Below, in pieces: positions 7,766 to 15,841 of a stretch of 56,662 bases of DNA (the stretch's first letter is position 1; each line of letters opens with the position of its first letter). Origin of the DNA: a virus (Duplodnaviria; Caudoviricetes). The translations under genes and the position numbers were made by a program. The DNA lies in the IMG/VR virus record IMGVR_UViG_3300037634_002773, positions 1 to 56,662 of that record; one strand, given 5' to 3'. The notes under the pieces are model-generated. The model did no database searches, had not been told where the DNA came from, and saw only the letters and a list, made by a program, of their open reading frames with translations.

Positions 7766-9277
7766 ATGGCTGATTTATTTTATACGGGTGGGACAACATC
7801 TAGTCTGAATCTTGACACTGGTGCGACTTATGGCACTATTGATACTGGCGATTTAAGGCGTAAGTATAATTTTGGTGATAGAGTTTCAGAGCTAGCAATT
7901 GCTCAAGACCCGTTCTTTCGGTTTGTATCTAAACTGAATAAAAAACCAACAGATGATCCTCATTTTCAGTTTACTGAAAAGAGAGGTTCATACCATAAGC
8001 GCTATGCTTATGTAACAGACCATGGAGCAACTTCCGCTCTCGGTAACTCTGGGGATTCCACATGGGATTCTGGAGAAAGCGATCAAGGTGATACCTACTA
8101 CTTTAAAATGGGTACTGACTATTTATCAGCTGGCAATCGTCAGAATGTATATGGTCAAGTTACCAATGATATATCAGTAGGTGATTCTGGAACAGCTCCA
8201 GAGTTCTTCATGGAAGGCCAATTAGTTAAAATCAATACACATACAGCAGGCGAATCGCCTGGTTCTGGTGGTGGCGAGGTTGATAACTATGCAGTAGTTA
8301 AAGTTGAAAGCGTCACCACAAGTGGTGAATTTAAAGTACTTAAAACTACTGTCATTAAAGAGCCTTTTGCTTCAGCAGCTGCAGTAGAAATTGCATCATT
8401 TGATACTAATACTCCAAAGGGTACTGGTGTTACTATGTATGGCAGTTCAATTGCTAGTGCTTTGGAACAACAAAGATGTTATGTGGTTGGTAACGCAAAT
8501 AAAGAGGGATCTGGATTCCCAGAAACCTGGAAAGATCAACCCTACTTACTAAAAACTGGCGCAACTCAGATTTGGAAAACCACAATGGCAATGTCCAACA
8601 CTGCACGCGCAACAGTTCTTAGATATGAAGGTAATGAGTGGGCACGTATCTGGAAAGAAAAACTAATCGAACATAAGTGGGACATTGAGGCTGACTTATT
8701 GTTTGGTACTCAGTATATTGATACTACTAATGGTATCCAGTATACACAGGGTGCTGTAGACTATGTGTTGACTAATGGCAATATCTTTACATTATCAACA
8801 ACTACAAAAACAGCTGACGACTTTCTTGATGACATGTCTAACTATCTTGATCCTCGTTATAATGGCAGCTCAGCTAATGTATTTTTCTGTGATACAGAGA
8901 CTTACAATTGGTTGCATAAATTAGGTGGATACTTCAAAAACAATATGGAAGTTTCCTCTAACTTTAGTGCTGACCTTGCTGTAACAGGTCGTAAAAAAGT
9001 GCTCGGTCTGGACACAACAACAATCTCAACAGTTTATGGTGATATGAATGTTGTACGTAATGTACATCTGGATGGAAGTCCTGTAAAAATTCTTGCTATG
9101 AACATGAAGAACTGTTTTTATCGTCCACTGGTTGGCAATGGTATAAACCGCGATACTGGTATTTATGTGGGTGTGCAAACACTTGAAAATAGTGGTATTG
9201 ATCGTAGAGTTGATCAAATCTTAACTGAAGCTGGTATGGAGTTCGGAATGGCCGAATCTCATGCTGTCTGGAAATAG
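7766..9277 (+). CDS. Major capsid protein (SU10/DUF5309-like)
   Basis: Follows scaffold; strong SD; motifs QIWKT, EHKWDIEADLLFG and DQILTEAGMEF. Confidence 0.9.
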   Translation: MADLFYTGGTTSSLNLDTGATYGTIDTGDLRRKYNFGDRVSELAIAQDPFFRFVSKLNKKPTDDPHFQFTEKRGSYHKRYAYVTDHGATSALGNSGDSTWDSGESDQGDTYYFKMGTDYLSAGNRQNVYGQVTNDISVGDSGTAPEFFMEGQLVKINTHTAGESPGSGGGEVDNYAVVKVESVTTSGEFKVLKTTVIKEPFASAAAVEIASFDTNTPKGTGVTMYGSSIASALEQQRCYVVGNANKEGSGFPETWKDQPYLLKTGATQIWKTTMAMSNTARATVLRYEGNEWARIWKEKLIEHKWDIEADLLFGTQYIDTTNGIQYTQGAVDYVLTNGNIFTLSTTTKTADDFLDDMSNYLDPRYNGSSANVFFCDTETYNWLHKLGGYFKNNMEVSSNFSADLAVTGRKKVLGLDTTTISTVYGDMNVVRNVHLDGSPVKILAMNMKNCFYRPLVGNGINRDTGIYVGVQTLENSGIDRRVDQILTEAGMEFGMAESHAVWK

Positions 9278-9289
9278 GGGGGATTAATC

Positions 9290-9793
9290 ATGGCAAATCC
9301 ATTATATGGACAAAATAAAAACGATGGTGACATGGCTCTCTATGGCAGAGGCAAAGCGCAAGTTATCTTAAATGGCGGGACTACTGTTGTATTAACTAAT
9401 GAAGACAGTGGTGCATATTGCATTTTTGATACTGCAGGAGCTTCTCAGTTCACATTGCCTGATCCTGATCTAGGAGTACGCTTCACTTTTATAAGTGTTA
9501 TCCTAGCTACATCTGATCATGTAATACAGTCAAACACTGATGATCATGGATTCTTGGGTGGTATAATCGGAGCTTCAACAACAGAAGCTAAGGCTATAGC
9601 CCATGGTGCGGCAACTGATGGTAATAATGATTTTATTACCTTAGATGGTGCAACATTAGGTGGAGCACCAGGAACAAGAGTTGAAGTTGTTGCGATCCTT
9701 GACGCTTCAGCGGCTAAATGTTGGGCAGTGAGTGGTCAAATAGCAGCTGTTGGTTCTTCAGTAGCAACGCCATTTGGTGACGCACAACTGTAA
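9290..9793 (+). CDS. Probable capsid decoration/cement protein
   Basis: Beta-rich protein just after MCP; DSG...TLP...G motif shared with the next gene. Confidence 0.6.
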   Translation: MANPLYGQNKNDGDMALYGRGKAQVILNGGTTVVLTNEDSGAYCIFDTAGASQFTLPDPDLGVRFTFISVILATSDHVIQSNTDDHGFLGGIIGASTTEAKAIAHGAATDGNNDFITLDGATLGGAPGTRVEVVAILDASAAKCWAVSGQIAAVGSSVATPFGDAQL

Positions 9794-9804
9794 GGGGGTA
9801 GATA

Positions 9805-10212
9805 ATGGCTAGAGCAAAAATGGGCGCATCTTATGGATGGGAAGGTAATTACGTTGAGTCAGCAACGGCTAGTTTTAGTTTAGAAGTTGGCGATTCAGGT
9901 AAAACCTTTATATTAAAAGATGCAGCTGTAACAGTTACTCTCCCTACATTGAGTGATATAGAAGCTGGGTATTCAGTTAGATTAATATCTGGTGACGATA
10001 GCGAACATATATTAACTGGCGGTGCTAGTAAAATATATGGGCATGCTATAGATGGTAGTGGTACGGCTGCTGAAACAGTCTTGCCTCTAACAGGCCATTC
10101 AACTATTACTCCAGGTGCTGGTATGATTATAGGTGACAAATATGATATAGTTAGTGATGGCACTAACTGGTATGTATATGTCATTGCTGGTGCTGAAGTA
10201 GCAGGTAGCTAA
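9805..10212 (+). CDS. Probable capsid decoration protein, paralog of 9290
   Basis: DSGKTFIL...TLPTL...AGYSVRLI pattern. Confidence 0.6.
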   Translation: MARAKMGASYGWEGNYVESATASFSLEVGDSGKTFILKDAAVTVTLPTLSDIEAGYSVRLISGDDSEHILTGGASKIYGHAIDGSGTAAETVLPLTGHSTITPGAGMIIGDKYDIVSDGTNWYVYVIAGAEVAGS

Positions 10213-10228
10213 ATAAAAAGTAGATAAG

Positions 10229-10273
10229 GGCTGCCCCTCAAGGTGTTCATCTCGACTCCTCGTAGGGGTAGCC
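10229..10273 (+). other. GC-rich hairpin after the capsid genes, no U-tract
   Basis: GGCTGCCCCT pairs with AGGGGTAGCC (one G-U on the plus strand). Confidence 0.6.
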
Positions 10274-10277
10274 TACA

Positions 10278-10307
10278 TCTCGTTCACGGTAAACCAAACC
10301 TTAGAGA
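10278..10307 (+). promoter_or_regulatory. Candidate cis-regulatory RNA motif, copy 1
   Basis: TCTC-GTTCAC-GGT-loop-ACC-TTA-GAGA overlapping the SD of 10317. Confidence 0.65.
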
Positions 10308-10316
10308 GGAAGAAAA

Positions 10317-13300
10317 TTGGCAACATTTGAAGCACAAGTAGAAGCACTAACAGGAATCTCAATCAGCGGTTCCTCTAGCCCAACTCAAACAGAGTTGTCA
10401 TCATTTTTAGTAGATGGCGTTATAGATGTCGTCAATAGAGTGATTATGACTCGGCCTGCAGAACTTTCCAAATTTACCAAAACAACAAACGCAACTGATT
10501 CAGTAGCTAAAACAGGAAAAATATTATCTGTTGTTAGAGAGCATGATAGTACGACTATTTTAAGAAAGTGTGCAGAAATAGATCCAGGCGATAGATACGA
10601 TGCAACAGATACGGATAGCTTAAATTATCGCTCAAAGACAAATCCTGGCTATTATGAGTTAAGCGGGCTTATACTCTGTGTGCCTGAGGCATCTTCTGGA
10701 AACAATGATATTATTGTAACCCAGGTGCACTACGATACAGGCCTGATAAATACAGATAATTATCAAGCAGGCGCGATAGAAAATTTTCCAAAAGATTATG
10801 AATACTTAGTGGCAATATATGCCGCCATTCAATCATTAAGGGCTACCATGGGGAATAATGTGATATTACTTACTTCTGTTCCACCAGATGTACCTAGTTT
10901 GGCTACAGTTAGCTTTAGTGAGTCAAATTCTCTAAGTATTTCGGCAACTGCCCCAACTGCCATTTCACTTGCAACAGTTTCATATACTGATGCAGTAAAT
11001 GCAGATGCTAGTGCAACTGCTGTTGGAGCTATAACCGTAGCAACAGTAGCAAAGGCCGATATTAGTGGGGACGTTCCAGCATATACAAAGCCAGGACATC
11101 CAGCGCAGGTAGCATTTGCAGACTATTGGACAGTTGGAGATTTTGGAGATAGCGATCCAGGCGAACTTACTGTAACAGCAGTTCTTCCTAGTACTCCAAC
11201 TATCACAGCGGCAAGTGTCACAATAACAGGTACTGCTCCTACATATACAAAACCTTCATTAGCATTAAAGGTAGCTCCAACAATCTCAGACTTATCAATT
11301 ACAGCAGTTCCACCAGATACTCCGTCAGCTCCTAGCGTTGCAGGAGTTGCTATAGCATCTGTCGCCAAGGGATCATTAGCAACGTCAGCTCCAGCATATA
11401 CAAAGCCTGGGCATCCAACGCAGGTTGCATTTACCGATTATACAAGTGGATTATCTGAGACTGATCCTGGAGTATTAACAGTTACCTCTGTGACACCAGT
11501 TCCACCAACCGCACCAAGTTTCTCAACTCCAACAATAGGGGCTGTGACAGTTGGGTCTACAACACTTACTAATTTAGGCGTTGCTCCGTCATATACTTCA
11601 CCGACAGCAACAATTAGCGGGACTGCATGGGCAACCGCATATCCAGATGAATATACTGCTCTCAATATAGCTCTTGCTGCTATAACTACTGAAGTAGGAT
11701 TAGCAAAGGCAGAAGCTGCGGAAATTGTAACACAAACAGATAACAGTAGCGATTTTGCAACAGCACTTACTGCTATGAATGGAGAGCTTGATAAGGTTGA
11801 TGATATTATAGTTGAAGCAAGTGCAGAATTTGATAAATCTTCTGCACTTCTTCTTAAAGGAGAAGTTGATAGCGAAAGTGCTGTTAATGACGCAGCAGCT
11901 AAAATAGTAATAGAATTAGATGATACAAGGGCTATATGCGATAAGGTTGGGACATCAGCAGATAGTGCGATAACAGCTCTTGGTAATATGGCTACAGAAA
12001 TAGCACTTGCAAATGCAGAAGTGGATGGCGTGACAACAACATTAGCACAGGCTCTAGCGTTAACTGACTCTGGTAGCACTGACATTAAAACAGCTTTAAC
12101 TGGTATGCAAACAGCAGTTGCTAAATTTAGAGCTGATGGAAGTGACCCTGCCCTCTTTGGAGATGAGTCTACATATACTACTGGAAGTTCAGCCATGACA
12201 AATGTAAAAACGCATTTAGATAGAGCCATTAGTTATGTGAATGGTGATTTTCCTGAAGCTGATTCTGACTTAGTTCAATATCTTAAAGATATTAATGATC
12301 AGGTTACAGATGAAGATACAGAGCTTGCAGCTTCATTTATGCAAGCAGCGCAAACAACGATGAATGCAATGCAGGCTGATCTTCAAATAGCTCAAACATA
12401 TATAACAGAATGGAATGCAATGGTTCAAACTCTTGTTTCCGAGATTAATGCATTTTCATCTGAGGCTAGTTCTAGGTTTGGATGGATTAATGCTAAGGCT
12501 GTTGCATGGCAAGGAAAATTATCAGCAGCTCAAGGATATATGGGTACGGCAGGAGATTATGCAAATCAAGCAAGTGGATTTAATTCAACTGCACAAACTT
12601 ATGCTTCAGAGGTTCAAGCTAGGATTGGCTTGGCAAATGGATATGTAGCAGAGATTAATGTAAGGCTAGCACAGGCAGGTGTAAAAAGACAAGAATCTCA
12701 GTCGAGATTAACAGCTGGTAACGCTTATATTCAGGAAGCTCAGGCATATATCGCCCAAGCTAATGGATATGCTCAGGAAGTTTCTGCTCGTGGTGGTTTT
12801 ACAGCTGCTAAATCGCAGGCAGTGCAGGGATTTATACAGACCGCACAGGGTTATGCTAATGAGGTTCAAGCACTATTATCACAAACGCCATCAAAAGTAT
12901 CTGAATATCAAGCTAAGGTGCAGGATGCTTTAAATGAGTATAATAAAGAAAACGCATCATATCAAGCTAAATTACAGGAATCTATTCAGCAGGCACAAAT
13001 AAATGCTCAAAAAGCACAACAACAGGCTCAATTAGATGCAACAGATTCACAACAAGAAGCAAGTTTAAAGCTTCAAAAAGAGAACCAAGAGTATGCATCT
13101 AAACTTCAAAAGTATCAAGCTGAAGTCTCAAAATATCAAGCAGAAGTTAATACTCAGATACAAGAGTATGGACAAAAATTATCACAATACCAATTAGAAT
13201 TAAATACTGCTTATACCGCTTGGGCTAAAACAGAATCTGACAATATTCAAGTATTCCAATCCGACATACAGAATGAACTAAATGAGTTTAATAAAGAGAG

Positions 13301-14387
13301 TGCTGCCTATCAAGCGGATATTCAACTTGTTCTTGCAAAGTTTAATGCTGATGTTCAAGACGCTCAGAAAGAGGGAGATTTAACCTTTCAGGCTGATGTG
13401 CAGAACGAACAACTTACACTACAAAGATATTCTCAAGAACTTCAACAATATCAGGCAGAAGTAAATACAGAAGTTCAAGAGTATCAACAAAATTTAGCTG
13501 GAGATATTCAAGTATGGCAAGCTGAAAGATCAACTGATCTACAGAAATATAGCGCAGATGTTCAAAGCGAGTTAAACGAATATAATAAAGAAAATGCAGA
13601 GTATCAAGCTAAATTGCAAAAAGATATACAAGATGCTCAACTAGAAGATGCGGAAGAATCTAAAAAGCTACAGAAATATCAATCTGAGATAGGAGCATAT
13701 AGTGCACAGGTAAATAAGGATGTCCAAGAATATGGACAGAAATTTTCTCGATACCAACTTGAACTTAATACTGTTTATCAGGCATGGGCTAAAACAGAAT
13801 CAGATAATCTGCAAGTATTTCAACTAGATATACAGAATGAACTAAATGAATTTAATAAAGAGAATGTTAGATATCAAGCTAATATACAGGCGGAACTTGC
13901 AAAGCACAATACTGATCTGCAGAAAGCTTTAACGCAAGCACAATTAGATGCGGCAGATGCACAACAAGAAGCAACCCAAACTACCAATATAGATCAGTTT
14001 AATAAGGCTCAGGATCAAGCATTAGACTTAGCCAATAGGGCAAAGCAAATAGAAGATGATATATCTAATAATAATTCAAAGGTTGCTCAATTTCAAGCAG
14101 AAGCACAGCATTACGCTACTCAAGTTAATGAAGATGTACAAGCATATACTTCTCAGTTGCAGTCAGATGTTCAGACTATGCAGGCTATAATAGCTAACAA
14201 TCAGGCTTTACTAACTAAGTATCAGGCTGAAACTGCAGAGTACCAAGCAGAAATAGCTGCAGAAACACAAGAACAAAGTACAAAGATGCAGCAATATCAA
14301 TTACTGTATAATCAATTAAAGACGGAGTATGATCAAACATTTATGATTGCAGCTCCACAACAACAAGCAGCCCAAGAGGCTGCATAA
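10317..14387 (+). CDS. Head-tail adaptor-like protein with a ~1,150-aa fibrous insertion
   Basis: Adaptor-like N-terminus ending FPKDYEYLVAIYAA; four P-x-Y-T-(K/S)-P Pro/Thr repeats; four LNE(Y/F)NKE Gln-rich helical repeats. Confidence 0.7.
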   Translation: MATFEAQVEALTGISISGSSSPTQTELSSFLVDGVIDVVNRVIMTRPAELSKFTKTTNATDSVAKTGKILSVVREHDSTTILRKCAEIDPGDRYDATDTDSLNYRSKTNPGYYELSGLILCVPEASSGNNDIIVTQVHYDTGLINTDNYQAGAIENFPKDYEYLVAIYAAIQSLRATMGNNVILLTSVPPDVPSLATVSFSESNSLSISATAPTAISLATVSYTDAVNADASATAVGAITVATVAKADISGDVPAYTKPGHPAQVAFADYWTVGDFGDSDPGELTVTAVLPSTPTITAASVTITGTAPTYTKPSLALKVAPTISDLSITAVPPDTPSAPSVAGVAIASVAKGSLATSAPAYTKPGHPTQVAFTDYTSGLSETDPGVLTVTSVTPVPPTAPSFSTPTIGAVTVGSTTLTNLGVAPSYTSPTATISGTAWATAYPDEYTALNIALAAITTEVGLAKAEAAEIVTQTDNSSDFATALTAMNGELDKVDDIIVEASAEFDKSSALLLKGEVDSESAVNDAAAKIVIELDDTRAICDKVGTSADSAITALGNMATEIALANAEVDGVTTTLAQALALTDSGSTDIKTALTGMQTAVAKFRADGSDPALFGDESTYTTGSSAMTNVKTHLDRAISYVNGDFPEADSDLVQYLKDINDQVTDEDTELAASFMQAAQTTMNAMQADLQIAQTYITEWNAMVQTLVSEINAFSSEASSRFGWINAKAVAWQGKLSAAQGYMGTAGDYANQASGFNSTAQTYASEVQARIGLANGYVAEINVRLAQAGVKRQESQSRLTAGNAYIQEAQAYIAQANGYAQEVSARGGFTAAKSQAVQGFIQTAQGYANEVQALLSQTPSKVSEYQAKVQDALNEYNKENASYQAKLQESIQQAQINAQKAQQQAQLDATDSQQEASLKLQKENQEYASKLQKYQAEVSKYQAEVNTQIQEYGQKLSQYQLELNTAYTAWAKTESDNIQVFQSDIQNELNEFNKESAAYQADIQLVLAKFNADVQDAQKEGDLTFQADVQNEQLTLQRYSQELQQYQAEVNTEVQEYQQNLAGDIQVWQAERSTDLQKYSADVQSELNEYNKENAEYQAKLQKDIQDAQLEDAEESKKLQKYQSEIGAYSAQVNKDVQEYGQKFSRYQLELNTVYQAWAKTESDNLQVFQLDIQNELNEFNKENVRYQANIQAELAKHNTDLQKALTQAQLDAADAQQEATQTTNIDQFNKAQDQALDLANRAKQIEDDISNNNSKVAQFQAEAQHYATQVNEDVQAYTSQLQSDVQTMQAIIANNQALLTKYQAETAEYQAEIAAETQEQSTKMQQYQLLYNQLKTEYDQTFMIAAPQQQAAQEAA

Positions 14388-14402
14388 TAAGGAGAATAAA
14401 AA

Positions 14403-14882
14403 ATGGCAGATAAAGGAACTGCAAGTTTATCAGCATCTGTTTTTATGGATGATATAAAATCATCAATGGGAGGCTCTTCCAGTTATGAACCTAAAGACGC
14501 TAATGATAAATGGCTTTTTGCAGAAGTCGCAGTTAGCAATTCTTCAACTGACTTAATAGCAGATATGGATTATTTAGGTTCTACTGCTACTACGGTTGTA
14601 GCAGATGATGATGTAGCTTGGATAGCTATTAAAAACACATCAACCACAAGTACTGATGGTATTGCTATAAGGCTTGACGCAGGAAGTGCTGCTCATAATA
14701 GTGCAGGTAATATTTATATTGGGTCAGGTGAAATGGTAGTTTTAAAGACTTATACAACTCCATTAGCATCTATTCATGCAATTTCTGTTACCATGGATGG
14801 CACTTATGGTTATCCAAATGCAACTCATGCAGGAACTGTTAGTTGTCAAGTAGCAGCTATTGTAGATGATGGTGGTGTGTAA
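14403..14882 (+). CDS. Virion structural protein (hypothetical)
   Basis: SD; beta-rich S/T/G/A composition; structural cluster. Confidence 0.7.
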   Translation: MADKGTASLSASVFMDDIKSSMGGSSSYEPKDANDKWLFAEVAVSNSSTDLIADMDYLGSTATTVVADDDVAWIAIKNTSTTSTDGIAIRLDAGSAAHNSAGNIYIGSGEMVVLKTYTTPLASIHAISVTMDGTYGYPNATHAGTVSCQVAAIVDDGGV

Positions 14883-14884
14883 TA

Positions 14885-15265
14885 TTGGCAAAGCGAATAC
14901 TGTATAAAGCACATTGTACTCCACAAGAGCAAGTATCATCTGGCGGTAGATACTACTTAGATGGTGATTGTGGAAGAAAGCTTGCAGGTTCTAATCTATA
15001 TGAACTTGGAAGTGATACAACTGTAACTAATACAATAACGTCATCTGGGGCTATTGGGACAACTATAGATTTTATAGCTGTAACTGCTACATCAATTTCT
15101 GCTGATGCAACAGTTCATATTTCTCTAGACAATAATACAACAATACCCATCAAGCTTTTAGAGGGAGAATGTTTTGCCTCTAAAATAGATAGTAGTGCTC
15201 AACCTTATGTAAGAATAACTAACAACTCAGGTTCAGCCTCAGTTGATTATATGACAGGGACTTAA
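14885..15265 (+). CDS. Virion structural protein (hypothetical)
   Basis: Operon context; N-terminal RI...H..PQ pattern shared with 15269. Confidence 0.7.
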   Translation: MAKRILYKAHCTPQEQVSSGGRYYLDGDCGRKLAGSNLYELGSDTTVTNTITSSGAIGTTIDFIAVTATSISADATVHISLDNNTTIPIKLLEGECFASKIDSSAQPYVRITNNSGSASVDYMTGT

Positions 15266-15268
15266 ATT

Positions 15269-15826
15269 ATGGCAACACCAAATGATAGAAGGATAATATG
15301 GGGAACGCATGTAATACCTCAAGTGAGTTATTCAACCACAAGTACTGAGGAAACACGTGAAGAGGGTTCAACAGTTGGCACAGCTTCATATACTGACTAT
15401 AAACTCGATACTACAGTTGCAAAGAGATTTGGTGGTAAAGGTAGCGTTGATATAAGATCAGATCAAGGTACGGATGAATGGGTATCATTTTTAAGTCCAA
15501 TTGATAGTTTATGGGAAGCAGTAGATAATCTTTGGGAAGCTACCTCTGCTGTATGGGATAATGCATTTTCTGTTACAGCTAGTTCATCTACTCTTAGAAC
15601 TGATTCGGTAAATGTAGACTTTTTATATGTAAAGAATTTAGGTAGTGTAGAATGTAAGTTGGCTCTCCATTATGACGATAGTGCATCAAATGACAACCTT
15701 GATATACTTATCCCACCTGAAGCAGCTGTATCAATGAGGGTAAATAGTATGTCCTCAGACAATATTAAAGTACAAACAGCTTCTAGCACTACAACAATAG
15801 AATACGTAATAGCAAGAACGCCTTAA
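15269..15826 (+). CDS. Virion structural protein (hypothetical)
   Basis: Operon context; VDFLYVKN resembles VAWIAIKN in 14403. Confidence 0.7.
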   Translation: MATPNDRRIIWGTHVIPQVSYSTTSTEETREEGSTVGTASYTDYKLDTTVAKRFGGKGSVDIRSDQGTDEWVSFLSPIDSLWEAVDNLWEATSAVWDNAFSVTASSSTLRTDSVNVDFLYVKNLGSVECKLALHYDDSASNDNLDILIPPEAAVSMRVNSMSSDNIKVQTASSTTTIEYVIARTP

Positions 15827-15841
15827 TAGGGAGATACTGAA

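Noticed and set aside
11438-12229. Long antisense ORFs (also 34841-35527, 20218-20625 and other shadows)
   Set aside because: They mirror the codon bias of well-supported genes on the opposite strand and have no SD or motifs
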